The translations under genes and the position numbers were made by a program. From the sequence record SRR22947727_398: DNA of 64,000 nucleotides. One strand, 5' to 3'. Within the stretch, counting starts at the first letter, position 1. Each line of letters opens with the position of its first letter. A model generated the notes under the pieces. That model searched no databases. It saw only the letters and a list, made by a program, of their open reading frames with translations, and was not told where the DNA came from. Below, piece after piece: positions 48,687-63,193 of the stretch.

Positions 48687-49943
48687 ATGGATGTCACCTA
48701 TAGTCTTTGTCGTGATTGTGGCTTGTATTCAAAATTCAAGAAATGTTTTTCGTGCAATTCATTTAATATTTTAAGCCATAAAGAAATAAAAACCTTAAAT
48801 ATTGCACACATTGATTGCGACTCATTTTTTTGCTCAATTGAAAAAAGGGATAATCCTGAAATACGTGATAAACCCGTAATAGTTGGAGGAGCAAGACGTG
48901 GAGTAGTCTCTGCTGCTTGCTACAATGCTCGTGTTTTTGGGGTTCGGTCTGCAATGCCAATGTACCAGGCATTAAAATTATGTCCTGATGCAGTTGTTCT
49001 ATCAGGAAATATGAACAAATATAAGAAAGTGGGTTTAGAGATTAAAAATATGATGCAAGATCTCACACCTTTAGTTGAACCGCTTTCAATTGACGAGGCA
49101 TTTTTAGATTTAAAAGGGACAAGAAAGATCCATAAAATGGACCCCTGTCAAATTTTAGTAAATCTTCAGAATAAAATTATGAATAGAGTAGGAATTACTG
49201 TTTCGGTTGGATTATCTTATAATAAATTCTTAGCAAAAACAGCTTCAGATCTTAACAAACCAAATGGTTTTGCAATAATCGGAAAGGATGAGGCAGTAAA
49301 CTTCCTTTCCGATAAACCAGTTAGTTTTATTTATGGAGTTGGGCCATCTTTTAGAAATAAACTTATGAAAGTAGGTATTAATAAAATATCAGATATTAGG
49401 GCCTGGACTGATAAAGAAATGTTTTTACAATTTGGTGATGCTGGCTTACGCATTGCGCAACTTGCAAGAGCTGAAGACAAACGTGCAGTTAAAAGCCACA
49501 AAAAACGTAAATCTATATCCTCAGAGACAACTTTTAATAGTGACATAAGTTGTTTAGATACACTGAGTAATTTACTGTGGAACGTGTCTTTATCTACAGC
49601 CGATAGAATTAAGAGACTAAACTTGGCAGGGTATACTATCACCCTAAAGTTAAAGACTAGAAACTTCAAAACTATAACTAGAAGAAAAACATTACCTCAA
49701 GCTATACAATTAACAGATGAAATATTTGATAACTGCTTACCTATGCTAGTAAACGAAGCAAAGGGTCAGAAATTCCGGCTCATTGGGGTCTCAATCTCAT
49801 ATCTAAGTGAACCATTAGGAGATCATGGAAGTCTGCTCGACCCTATGGCTGTAAAACGTAGAAAAGCTGAACGAGTTACTGACAGTATTCGCAATAAGTA
49901 TGGTAAAAATTCTATAATAAAAGGACGTCAATTTAAACTTTAA
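48687..49943 (+). CDS. dinB: DNA polymerase IV
   Basis: N-terminal CRDC..CFSC, HIDCDSFF, SIDEAFLD, KFLAKTASD. Confidence 0.94.
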   Translation: MDVTYSLCRDCGLYSKFKKCFSCNSFNILSHKEIKTLNIAHIDCDSFFCSIEKRDNPEIRDKPVIVGGARRGVVSAACYNARVFGVRSAMPMYQALKLCPDAVVLSGNMNKYKKVGLEIKNMMQDLTPLVEPLSIDEAFLDLKGTRKIHKMDPCQILVNLQNKIMNRVGITVSVGLSYNKFLAKTASDLNKPNGFAIIGKDEAVNFLSDKPVSFIYGVGPSFRNKLMKVGINKISDIRAWTDKEMFLQFGDAGLRIAQLARAEDKRAVKSHKKRKSISSETTFNSDISCLDTLSNLLWNVSLSTADRIKRLNLAGYTITLKLKTRNFKTITRRKTLPQAIQLTDEIFDNCLPMLVNEAKGQKFRLIGVSISYLSEPLGDHGSLLDPMAVKRRKAERVTDSIRNKYGKNSIIKGRQFKL

Positions 49944-49952
49944 TTATAATAT

Positions 49953-50450
49953 TTATTCTATAAATGACTTAAGGTAATCATATTTATAGTCATCATCAAT
50001 ACTATGTGCATTCCGCCAATAGACCGCAGTATCTAAATTTAAAACATGACCATTTGAATCAATAACAAATACTGTAGGTGTTCCAAATTCACCTTTGACT
50101 CCATATTTTCTGATTAAATTTATATTTTTATCCTTATCACCTACATCAATATATACGATCTCATAGTTATTTTTTAAGAGTTTTTTAAATCGAGAACTAT
50201 TTAAAGTAGTTGCGAATGAACGACTGTCATGACACCAATTAGCTCCAAAAACTATCAAGCCATATTTTTGCTGGGCTTTAATAATTTCTATTAAAGAATT
50301 AATCTTAGATTCTGCCTTACCCAATTCATTATATGGCATATAAATATTATTTGATATGTTAGCTTTGGTATTAAAATACTGATTGTGATTGGGGTAAATC
50401 GTACATGAATTAAGTAAGAATAAGGATGATAATAAAAAATATTTATACAT
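49953..50450 (-). CDS. thioredoxin-like lipoprotein (WCHDS)
   Basis: Lipobox LNSC, FGANWCHDS, GTPTVFVID. Confidence 0.82.
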   Translation of the reverse strand: MYKYFLLSSLFLLNSCTIYPNHNQYFNTKANISNNIYMPYNELGKAESKINSLIEIIKAQQKYGLIVFGANWCHDSRSFATTLNSSRFKKLLKNNYEIVYIDVGDKDKNINLIRKYGVKGEFGTPTVFVIDSNGHVLNLDTAVYWRNAHSIDDDYKYDYLKSFIE

Positions 50451-50551
50451 AATTTCACAATATACTTTGTAGTTCTAGATTATTTAAATAAACAATATTT
50501 AAGTTAAACTTAAAAATATTATTAAATTCATATTCTATAAAAGATTTGATT

Positions 50552-54282
<3,731 letters not shown>

Positions 54283-54287
54283 TTGCC

Positions 54288-55139
54288 TTAAAAAAGGCGT
54301 TCTATAAGACGACTCCAATAACCTTTATCACGCGGCTTTTTGATTTCGTCATCTAGATTAACACCGTACTCCTCTAATAAATTATAACTGTCTTGGTACC
54401 ATTCACCTGATGGGTAGTTATACCCTAAAACTGATCCAACTAATTTAGCTTCACTTATAATTCCTAAAGAAACATAGGCCTCAACTAATCTATGCAGGGC
54501 TTCTTCTGCCTGAGATGTTGTTTCATAATTTTTAACAACATTTTTAAATCTTCCAATAGCAGCAAGATGTTGATTTTCTTTGAGATAATAGCGACCTATG
54601 GTCATCTCCTTACCCGCTAAATGATCATGGGTTAACTCTAACTTAAGTCGAGCATCTCTCGCATAATCACTACTTGGGTATCGTCGTACTACCTGCTGCA
54701 AAGCTGCTTCAGCATTTACTGTTGTCTCTTGATCTCTTCCCACATCATATATCTGGTCATAATAATTCATCGCAATCAAATAATATGCATAAGGAGTGCT
54801 ATCACTACCCGGGTGTAGTCCTATAAACCGTTGAGCAGAAACAATAGATTCTTCATAGTCAGTAGAGCGGTAATTGGCATATGCCTGCATAAGCATGGCT
54901 CTACGAGCCCACTTAGAAAAAGGGTGCTGTCTCTCAACTTCTTGGAAAAACAGCTTGGCTCTATCCCAATCATTTCTTTCTATTCGTTCAAATCCTTGAT
55001 TGTAAATTTGCTCTGCAGGTCTCTCAATATAAGCAAGTTTCTCTTTTTTATTACCTCCTAATCCAAACGAGGAACAAGCAGACAAAGTTAAACTGATTGT
55101 AATAATTAAAAACTTATTAAGATATTTTAAATTACTCAT
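54288..55139 (-). CDS. bamD: outer membrane protein assembly factor BamD
   Basis: Lipobox LSAC, EVERQHPFS, TPR repeats, VLGYNYP. Confidence 0.94.
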   Translation of the reverse strand: MSNLKYLNKFLIITISLTLSACSSFGLGGNKKEKLAYIERPAEQIYNQGFERIERNDWDRAKLFFQEVERQHPFSKWARRAMLMQAYANYRSTDYEESIVSAQRFIGLHPGSDSTPYAYYLIAMNYYDQIYDVGRDQETTVNAEAALQQVVRRYPSSDYARDARLKLELTHDHLAGKEMTIGRYYLKENQHLAAIGRFKNVVKNYETTSQAEEALHRLVEAYVSLGIISEAKLVGSVLGYNYPSGEWYQDSYNLLEEYGVNLDDEIKKPRDKGYWSRLIERLF

Positions 55140-55240
55140 AGTGTTGCCGTTAGAAATTAGTTATTATTTAGTCTTAAAGGAGATTGCTAATAGAAGAAAG
55201 AAAGAAAATATATGAAAAAATTAAATAATGGTAGGTTTTA

Positions 55241-56107
55241 TTAAAGATTTATAAACTTCCACGAATCCGCGGAACTATATAATGCAACCAATAAAGCGTG
55301 ATTTAATTTATGACCACCTTTAAAAGTAATTACCTTACCTAATATAGGCCCTCCCACGTATAAATCACCCATTAAATCGAGTGTTTTATGTCTTACAAAT
55401 TCATTAGCAAACCTCAAACCCTCTGGATTTAAAATTTTTTCTTCATCTACAACTACAGTATTTTCTAGAGATCCCCCTTTGGATAGGCCAGAAGCTCTTA
55501 AAGCCGACACTTCATGCAATCGAGCAAAGGTGCGAGCTGAAGCAAGGTTTTTTTTAAAAGAATTGATATTGGGAGCTATTTTAAAATTCTGTTTGCCAAT
55601 AGCCTTTTCATCAAAATCTATAGTCACATCAAGTTCAAACTGGTTAGAAGGTTCAATTATAGCAAATGAGTCATTTATAGAAACCTCAATAGGGTTTAAA
55701 ACTTTTACATAACGCCTAGCTGATGATTGCTTTTTTATTTTAGCTATTTCAATCACTTTTAAAAAAGTCTCCGCACTTCCATCAAGTGCTGGGATCTCAC
55801 CTCCAAATATTTCAATATTCATATTGTCAATGCCACATGCAGAAAGGGTAGCAAGCAAATGCTCAACAGTTGAAATTTTGACACCCGCTGCATTTGACAA
55901 AGAAGTGCAATTTGAAACACTTGATACAGAGTTGGGGGTAAGTTTTATTATATTATCACGGTCAGTAATATCTTTTCGTATGAAATTAATTCCTACATTA
56001 ACATCAGCTGGAAGCATTTTTAATTTGGTAAAGTTTCCATTATGCAATTCTATACCCGAAAGATCAATTACACTTGCAATAGTCGATTGAGTTGGAAAAC
56101 TATACAT
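55241..56107 (-). CDS. lpxC: UDP-3-O-acyl-N-acetylglucosamine deacetylase
   Basis: STVEHLL, PALDGSA, ARTF, RHKTLDLMGDL, GGH; start set at ATG 56107. Confidence 0.95.
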   Translation of the reverse strand: MYSFPTQSTIASVIDLSGIELHNGNFTKLKMLPADVNVGINFIRKDITDRDNIIKLTPNSVSSVSNCTSLSNAAGVKISTVEHLLATLSACGIDNMNIEIFGGEIPALDGSAETFLKVIEIAKIKKQSSARRYVKVLNPIEVSINDSFAIIEPSNQFELDVTIDFDEKAIGKQNFKIAPNINSFKKNLASARTFARLHEVSALRASGLSKGGSLENTVVVDEEKILNPEGLRFANEFVRHKTLDLMGDLYVGGPILGKVITFKGGHKLNHALLVALYSSADSWKFINL

Positions 56108-56210
56108 CGTAAATCTCACACATAAAAAATTGATAAGATTCCATAGAATGAATAGCAAGAAAATTTAGATTAAAAAACGTTTATAAATAGTTTAGGGTAA
56201 TATTTAAATT

Positions 56211-57659
56211 TTAATTATTTTGTCTTCTAAGAAAGCTCGGTATCTCTAACTCTTCATCTGTACTGTCCCCAAATAAATCTCCACTTTGCATCAAACTTTC
56301 TTCATTATTAAAAACATCCTGCTGAACAGGTTTGCTTTTTGAAGATAAATCAATTGGCTGCTTAGTCATTTTTGGCTTTTTCAATCCAAAGAAGCCAAAT
56401 GGCTTCTTTACTACATTCTTAGGCTGAATTTCAGAAACTATGTCTTTTTCTAAATTCTCATCCAGAGATTCTAAATGATCGCCAGTGTTTTGTGAGATAA
56501 TAGTTTCTTCGTTTTTGGTATTCAAACTTTCTAATTCTAGATTATTAAATTCACGGTCATCAAATGAAGAAATTTCATTAACTTCATTATCTATATTTTC
56601 CGTGCTCGATAAATAATTGACTTCCTGCTTTTCAAAACCCTTAGCTACTTCTTTTAGACGGCGCGTGGGAGCCGGATTAGAATCCATAGCATATTCTGTT
56701 TCAACACCTGTAGCCACTACTGACACCCGAACAATGCCATCAAGATCACTTTCTAACGCTGAACCAACAATTATATTAGCATCTTCATCGACCTGACTTC
56801 TTATAAGATTTGCTGCCTCGTCTACCTCATAAAGCGTGAGATCACTACCTCCAGTGATATTTATCAGAACTCCTTTTGCCCCCTTTAATGACACATCATC
56901 AAGTAAAGGATTGTTTATTGCAGCTTCAGCAGCCTCAATAGCCCGTCTTTCCCCGGTTGCCTCACCAGTACCCATCATTGCTTTACCCATCTCGTCCATA
57001 ACAGTACGAACATCATTAAAGTCTAAATTTATCAAACCAGGAACAACCATTAAATCTGTAACTCCCCTAACTCCACTGTGTAGAACTTCATCAGCCATTG
57101 CGAACGCGTCTGTCATAGTTGTCTGGTCTGTTGCAACTCTAAAAAGATTCTGATTAGGTATTGTTATCATTGTATCAACTGAACCATAAAGATTTTCTAT
57201 TCCTTGATCAGCTAGCTTCATTCGCTTTGTGCCCTCGAACATAAATGGCTTGGTAACTATGCCCACGGTAAGTATTCCTCTTTCACGAGCAGCACGAGCG
57301 ATTACAGGAGCAGCTCCCGTACCAGTACCGCCTCCCATACCGGCTGCAACAAATAGCATATGAGCTCCCTCAAGGTGCTCTAGTATCTCATCTAAACTTT
57401 CCTCAGCAGATTGTTCGCCAATTTCGGGACGCATGCCAGCGCCTAAGCCTTGCGTTATACCTCCACCTAATTGAACTTTTCGATCAGCTTTGGATAGAGC
57501 TAAAGCTTGAGCATCTGTATTGGCTACGACGAACTCAACACCGTCAAGTCCAGAGCCAATCATATTATTAACTGCATTTCCCCCTGCTCCGCCAACGCCG
57601 ATTACGACTATGCGAGGTTTTAGCTCTATGGTTCTTGGTAAAGATAATGAAATTGACAT
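56211..57659 (-). CDS. ftsZ: cell division protein FtsZ
   Basis: [25 protein letters not shown]-terminal [10 protein letters not shown]. Confidence 0.99.
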   Translation of the reverse strand: MSISLSLPRTIELKPRIVVIGVGGAGGNAVNNMIGSGLDGVEFVVANTDAQALALSKADRKVQLGGGITQGLGAGMRPEIGEQSAEESLDEILEHLEGAHMLFVAAGMGGGTGTGAAPVIARAARERGILTVGIVTKPFMFEGTKRMKLADQGIENLYGSVDTMITIPNQNLFRVATDQTTMTDAFAMADEVLHSGVRGVTDLMVVPGLINLDFNDVRTVMDEMGKAMMGTGEATGERRAIEAAEAAINNPLLDDVSLKGAKGVLINITGGSDLTLYEVDEAANLIRSQVDEDANIIVGSALESDLDGIVRVSVVATGVETEYAMDSNPAPTRRLKEVAKGFEKQEVNYLSSTENIDNEVNEISSFDDREFNNLELESLNTKNEETIISQNTGDHLESLDENLEKDIVSEIQPKNVVKKPFGFFGLKKPKMTKQPIDLSSKSKPVQQDVFNNEESLMQSGDLFGDSTDEELEIPSFLRRQNN

Positions 57660-57709
57660 AATGACCCCGTAATTATAAGTGCAATATAAGCATTATTGCG
57701 TTAAAATTA

Positions 57710-57725
57710 TTAAACAGAGATTAAC
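57710..57725 (+). promoter_or_regulatory. putative CtrA binding site in the ftsZ promoter region
   Basis: TTAA-ACAGAGA-TTAAC matches TTAA-N7-TTAAC, about 50 nt upstream of the ftsZ start. Confidence 0.62.
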
Positions 57726-57797
57726 CAAATTAAATAATTCGACCATTTTATACAAATTTAACTTATTTTTTTATATTTTTCTAAATTTTAAACCTAT

Positions 57798-59066
57798 TTA
57801 GAAGTTTTCTTTAAGCCAATATAAAGTTTTACCTAAAGGATTACCTTTATACCTTTTTTTTCGAAATTTTTGACCGGATAAGTCAGGAGGGCCAGCAATA
57901 GCCTCCCCTGCTTCATCGAAAGCATGTTTCAACAACCCTATGACAACAGAAAAATCTGGATCTGAAATACTTTCATTTAATCCCATCACGCCATGCGGAA
58001 GACCAATTCTTACTTTCTTGTTGAAAACATATTCTGCTAATTCTCTAACACCATTTAATTGGGAACCTCCACCAGTGAGAACTATTCGGCGAAAATTTAC
58101 TTCTTGCCCTGACTTCCAAATTTTTTCTTTCAATATTTCAAATGTTTCTTCTACGCGAGAACGAATAATGGAAGTCAAAAGTTCATGTGGATGATGCGCC
58201 AGTTCATCTTGGGCACCCATAGGAGGACAAGGGATCATAACACTGTCATCATGAGAGCCATGCAAAGCAGATCCATAAACGCGTTTAATTCTTTCAGCTG
58301 CCTCAAGAGGTGTCGTTAACCCCCTAGCAATATCAAGAGTAACATTTTTTCCGCCTATTGGTAATGCATCCACATTCATTAAATTATTATCGTGAAATAT
58401 TGATATTGTGGTGATACCCCCGCCCATGTCAATTAACGCAACACCTAAATCTCTTTCATCGGCTGTTAGCACACCAACTCCTGCAGCATATGGAGAAACC
58501 ATCACAGAACTCATTCTCAAGTGGCTTCGCTCGATACAATGAGCAAGATTTCTCAATGGTCCAATTCCTGCTATCACACAATGCATATCAACGCCCAGTC
58601 TATTCCCAAACATACCCCTTGGATCTAATATACCCCTTTCATCATCAACTGACCAGTTCAAAGGAATTGCATGCAAAATAGTATTTTCAGGCTGTGAGAT
58701 TTCAGTCAAAGAATAATCTAATACTCTCCTACAGTTACGGTCATTTACAATGCCGCTTGCAAATTCAGTTTGAACACTCAAATTTTTAGATTGTATTGAC
58801 TTAATAGCAACATTTACATGAACTGATTGAACAGTAACTCCTGCTTTTTTTTCAGCGATCGCAACTGCAGATCTAATAGCTTTTTCAGCAGCTTCCATAT
58901 CTACAACAGCACCACATTTTAAACCTTGGCTTGCCGAAATTCCTGTACCTATAATTTTAATGCCCAAACTAGGTTCTCTTTGAGCAATCAAACACACTAC
59001 TTTAGTTGAACCAATATCGACAACGGCAATTGTATCTATGTTTTTAGAATTACCTTTATTGAACAT
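57798..59066 (-). CDS. ftsA: cell division protein FtsA
   Basis: DIGSTKVVCLI, IDMGGGIT, AERIK, VLTGGGSQL. Confidence 0.96.
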   Translation of the reverse strand: MFNKGNSKNIDTIAVVDIGSTKVVCLIAQREPSLGIKIIGTGISASQGLKCGAVVDMEAAEKAIRSAVAIAEKKAGVTVQSVHVNVAIKSIQSKNLSVQTEFASGIVNDRNCRRVLDYSLTEISQPENTILHAIPLNWSVDDERGILDPRGMFGNRLGVDMHCVIAGIGPLRNLAHCIERSHLRMSSVMVSPYAAGVGVLTADERDLGVALIDMGGGITTISIFHDNNLMNVDALPIGGKNVTLDIARGLTTPLEAAERIKRVYGSALHGSHDDSVMIPCPPMGAQDELAHHPHELLTSIIRSRVEETFEILKEKIWKSGQEVNFRRIVLTGGGSQLNGVRELAEYVFNKKVRIGLPHGVMGLNESISDPDFSVVIGLLKHAFDEAGEAIAGPPDLSGQKFRKKRYKGNPLGKTLYWLKENF

Positions 59067-59071
59067 AAAAT

Positions 59072-59941
59072 CTAAATACCGCTATCATTACTGTCAGGCT
59101 TAAGTGATAATCTGTCCTTTAAGCGTAAATCAATAGTCCCTATTTTTCTGTCTAATATATCTCTTTGAGAATGTAAATTTTTTAGCATTAAAAGGGACTC
59201 ATTTAAATTATGTTGGGACAGAAGCACTCTAATATTTCCTTTATCCATAATAATATCCCAACGATTCTCACTGACATAAACAAAGCTATCCACCCGTTCA
59301 GCTATACTGGGAAAGTTAAGAATTATTTCACTAATATTTGCTGCGTTAATCGCTGCATCTTTTCCGACAAACAAATTTAAATTCTGATTCTCACTTACAC
59401 TGGCACCCACAATTACCTCGCCTAAAATATCTATTACCTCAACCTTTCCTTTATATTGCCACAATGCAAAAGGTTGTCTCTCAACAATTTGAATAACTAC
59501 TTGATCAGGCCACAAGCGCCTCACTAAAGCACGATTTACCCATGGCAAATCTTCTATTTTTTTCTGCGTTAAATTAATTTCAACATCAAAAAGATAGTCT
59601 CCATTCTGAAAATCTAAGATTTTTTTTACATCGTCTTCAGGCAATCGCCCTTCACCAATTACATTTATTTTTTTTATAACAAACCCTAAAGATATCAGTC
59701 TATTACGTTTTATTTCTTCAGAATATTTTCTAATATCTGGTAAAAATCCACCAATCCATAAACTGAAAAAAGTAATAATAAATAATGTGGATATTATAGA
59801 GGTGCACAATTTAATAAATCCAAGGCGCGAATAACTAGCTAACCTTACTTGAGCTGAAGCCCAGTTTCTTGCCCCCTTGAGGCGAGGGCTTTTTCCCTTC
59901 AATGACTTTGAAATACTTTTGCGACTTTTCATCTTGGCCAT
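59072..59941 (-). CDS. ftsQ: cell division protein FtsQ
   Basis: TM helix, POTRA domain (LPWV..VRRLWPD..VER), RWD, IDLR; start ATG 59941 after GGAGG. Confidence 0.9.
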   Translation of the reverse strand: MAKMKSRKSISKSLKGKSPRLKGARNWASAQVRLASYSRLGFIKLCTSIISTLFIITFFSLWIGGFLPDIRKYSEEIKRNRLISLGFVIKKINVIGEGRLPEDDVKKILDFQNGDYLFDVEINLTQKKIEDLPWVNRALVRRLWPDQVVIQIVERQPFALWQYKGKVEVIDILGEVIVGASVSENQNLNLFVGKDAAINAANISEIILNFPSIAERVDSFVYVSENRWDIIMDKGNIRVLLSQHNLNESLLMLKNLHSQRDILDRKIGTIDLRLKDRLSLKPDSNDSGI

Positions 59942-60849
59942 GTAGCATCCTCCACGATCCAACGGCAAAGTTTATCAAATGAAATACCAATTTTGTCTGC
60001 TTGCTCTGGTACCAATGAAGTAGGTGTCATTCCTGGCTGCGTATTTAATTCCAACATGACTAAACTGTCAGATTTACTCAAATTACTTTGTTTGTCATCA
60101 TTGAATTTGAAATCGGATCTTGTAATGCCACGACAGCCTAATGCATTATGCGCCAAAACTGCCCAAGTTAGACACAAATCGCTTACTTCCTTATCAATTA
60201 TTGCAGGTAGAATATGTTTTGAGCCACCTTTAGTATACTTTGAGTCAAAATCGTACCAACTCGATGTTGGAACAATTTCGGTTACACCAATAGCTTTTCC
60301 ATTCATAACCGTAACCGTTAACTCTTTTCCTGGACAGAATTTTTCTATTAAAACCATTTCACCCATTAGGTCTTTATTTTTAATATTTTTGATAGGCTCA
60401 TCATCGGTTTGAACAATGAATATATCCTTACTGGAACCCTGCCCATTTGGCTTAATGACATAGGGAGGTTTCATAGGATGCTCAATTGAAACAGTATCTC
60501 TTGGCACTAAAAAACCGTAGGGCACATTTATTCCCATATCGCCAAAAATTATCTTTGATCTGTGCTTATCCATCGCTAAAGCAGAAGCCATTAATCCACT
60601 ATGAGTGTATGGAGCGCCAAAAAGATCAAGAACTCCTTGAACCCGTCCATCCTCACCCCAATCGCCATGCAGAGCGTTAAAAACAATATCAGGATCAGCT
60701 TTGGAAAGTTGCTCCCAAAGATTAACAGAAACATCAATTTCAATTACATCAAAACCTTCATTTTTCAAAGCACGTGCACAAGCCTTTCCACTTACAAGAG
60801 ATACATCTCGTTCTGATGAAAAACCACCTTTAAGAACAGCCACTCTCAT
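59929..60849 (-). CDS. ddl: D-alanine--D-alanine ligase
   Basis: GGFSSERDVSL, ALHGDWGEDG, ELNTQPGMT. Confidence 0.96.
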   Translation of the reverse strand: MRVAVLKGGFSSERDVSLVSGKACARALKNEGFDVIEIDVSVNLWEQLSKADPDIVFNALHGDWGEDGRVQGVLDLFGAPYTHSGLMASALAMDKHRSKIIFGDMGINVPYGFLVPRDTVSIEHPMKPPYVIKPNGQGSSKDIFIVQTDDEPIKNIKNKDLMGEMVLIEKFCPGKELTVTVMNGKAIGVTEIVPTSSWYDFDSKYTKGGSKHILPAIIDKEVSDLCLTWAVLAHNALGCRGITRSDFKFNDDKQSNLSKSDSLVMLELNTQPGMTPTSLVPEQADKIGISFDKLCRWIVEDATWPR

Positions 60850-61757
60850 TAAAATTTCCCTATTTTTTGAATTTCCCACTCCAATTCTACCCCAAAAAAT
60901 TTCTTAACCTTGGAAACTATTTTATTTCCCAAATCTTCAAAATCACTAGCCGTAGCATTGCCAGTATTTATCATAAAATTACAGTGCTTATTACTCATTT
61001 GAGCACCACCGACTTTTAAACCCCTGCCACCTACAGCATCAATTAATTCCCAAGCACTAAGTCCTTTCGAAATAGTTTTATCTGGGTTTTTAAATGTAGA
61101 GCCACCTGTTTTTTCTTTAAGAGGCTGACTTTCATTTCTATTATTAGAAATTTTAGAAATCTTATCATTAATAGAACTAATATCACCCGGTAATCCTTTA
61201 AAAAGAGCTTCGGTATAAATTAAATCATTTGACACACCTGAATGCCTATATGAATATTGGAGTTCTTTCAAATTTAGAACCATTCGGCGCCCGGATCTAT
61301 CCAAGGCCACTGCACTCTCAAGAACATCTTTTGTTTCAGACCCATAACAACCCGCATTCATTCTTAATGCCCCCCCTATAGTTCCTGGTATGCCTGCATA
61401 AAATTCAAGGCCTGATACACCTGATAAGGCTGCTTTTTTTGCAACTTTACTATCAAGAGCAGCTGCACCGGCACGCACAGAAGTTCCCTCAATGCTAACA
61501 TTACTAAAACCACCTCCTAATTTAATAACAACTCCTTTAACACCAGAGTCATGTACTAATATGTTTGATGCTGCACCCAATACTGTCATAGAAATATCAT
61601 CCGGGGTAGACGATAAAAAGTGAGCTAAGTCGGCCTCATCTTTTGGCATAAAAAAAACTTCGGCTTCACCCCCAACCCTTAACCATGTATATTTTTCTAA
61701 CGGTACATTAGCAGCAAGTAGGCCTCTGACTTCTGGAAGACTATCAATAAGTGACAT
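60849..61757 (-). CDS. murB: UDP-N-acetylenolpyruvoylglucosamine reductase
   Basis: RVGG, IPGTIGGALRMNAG, GSTFKNP, HCNFMIN, LEWE. Confidence 0.96.
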   Translation of the reverse strand: MSLIDSLPEVRGLLAANVPLEKYTWLRVGGEAEVFFMPKDEADLAHFLSSTPDDISMTVLGAASNILVHDSGVKGVVIKLGGGFSNVSIEGTSVRAGAAALDSKVAKKAALSGVSGLEFYAGIPGTIGGALRMNAGCYGSETKDVLESAVALDRSGRRMVLNLKELQYSYRHSGVSNDLIYTEALFKGLPGDISSINDKISKISNNRNESQPLKEKTGGSTFKNPDKTISKGLSAWELIDAVGGRGLKVGGAQMSNKHCNFMINTGNATASDFEDLGNKIVSKVKKFFGVELEWEIQKIGKF

Positions 61758-63184
61758 TAAACATTACCTTTATCAACCAAGTCTGACGCCCAGTAAGTTA
61801 TATCTCCAGCCCCTAAACAAACAATAATATCACCTTCATGCACATTTCTTTTTAGAGTCTTTGGAAGATTATCTTTAGTTATACAAACGGCATGCTTGTG
61901 ACCATGAGAGATTATACTATTTACGAGAGTCAAGGAGTTTAAATTTTCAATAGGCTTTTCACCTGCAGGATATATATCGGCGATATAAACAAAATCCGCT
62001 TCATTAAAACAAGTAGAAAAATCATTAAAAAGCTCTTTAAGTCTTGAAAATCTATGCGGCTGCATAACCGCATGTACTTTCCCTTTTGAAACCTGCCTGG
62101 CAGCTTGCAGTACTGCTGATATTTCAACGGGGTGATGACCATAGTCATCGATTACACTTGCACCTTCAAAATTTCCCAAATATGTAAATCTTCTTTTAAC
62201 GCCCGCAAAAGTCTGAAGCCCTTCCCTAACCTGGGCTTCGGATAAGTTTAGCTCTCTTGAAACTGCAATTGCTGATAAAGCATTTTGAACATTATGCCTT
62301 CCAGCCATCGGTAAAAATAACCGTTCCCATTTTTTTTCTTCTTCTTTAGAGTCTTTGAATACAACATCAAAGAAAGAACCCATTGTACTTAACTCCAAAT
62401 TTTCAGCTCTTAAATCAGCTTGAGGATTAAAACCATAAGTTATAGCTCTCCTATCAGTCACTCGACTTGCTAATGCTTGAACTTCAGGGTCATCTATACA
62501 AAGAACTGCAAAACCATAAAATGGTAGATTTTCTACAAATATTTTGAAAGCATCACGCAATCTATCAAAACTACCATAATGCTCTAAATGTTCAGGATCT
62601 ATATTCGTTACCACAGCAATTGTCGGAAATAACTTAAGAAATGATCCATCCGACTCATCTGCCTCAACAACCATCCAGTCGCCCAATCCAAGCTTAGCAT
62701 TTGAACCATAAGCATTAATTATACCACCATTTATTACTGTAGGGTCAAGATTCCCACCTTCAAGCAAGGCAGAAATCATAGTAGTTGTAGTAGTTTTTCC
62801 ATGAGTACCGCCAACTGCTATAGCCCATTTTAATCTCATCAATTCAGCAAGCATTTCAGCTCGTCTAACTATAGGTATCGACATAAGTCTTGCTTCAACT
62901 AGCTCAGGGTTATCTGCGCTGATTGCGGAGCTCATCACAACGGCTTCCACCCCATGAACTTGAGAAGATTTTTGGCCTAAATAAATCGTGGCCCCAAGCT
63001 TCGTTAGTCTTTTTGTTATCTCAGTTTCACGACCATCTGACCCCTGAACAACATAACCTAAGTTTAGCATTACCTCTGCAATTCCAGACATTCCTATGCC
63101 GCCTATTCCAACAAAATGGATGGGGCCGTTATTAAAGGGAACCTTTGTAGCAATTTGAGTATTTCCTAAATCTAAGTTAGCCAT
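61757..63184 (-). CDS. murC: UDP-N-acetylmuramate--L-alanine ligase
   Basis: HFVGIGGIGMSG, GTHGKTTT, EADESDG, DDYGHHP. Confidence 0.97.
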   Translation of the reverse strand: MANLDLGNTQIATKVPFNNGPIHFVGIGGIGMSGIAEVMLNLGYVVQGSDGRETEITKRLTKLGATIYLGQKSSQVHGVEAVVMSSAISADNPELVEARLMSIPIVRRAEMLAELMRLKWAIAVGGTHGKTTTTTMISALLEGGNLDPTVINGGIINAYGSNAKLGLGDWMVVEADESDGSFLKLFPTIAVVTNIDPEHLEHYGSFDRLRDAFKIFVENLPFYGFAVLCIDDPEVQALASRVTDRRAITYGFNPQADLRAENLELSTMGSFFDVVFKDSKEEEKKWERLFLPMAGRHNVQNALSAIAVSRELNLSEAQVREGLQTFAGVKRRFTYLGNFEGASVIDDYGHHPVEISAVLQAARQVSKGKVHAVMQPHRFSRLKELFNDFSTCFNEADFVYIADIYPAGEKPIENLNSLTLVNSIISHGHKHAVCITKDNLPKTLKRNVHEGDIIVCLGAGDITYWASDLVDKGNV

Positions 63185-63193
63185 CAATAACCC

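Noticed and set aside
50498-50514. TTAA-N7-TTAA / palindrome between the thioredoxin-like gene and ligA
   Set aside because: The context is almost pure A/T, it lacks the trailing C, and there is no known CtrA target here. It cannot be distinguished from chance or a weak terminator.
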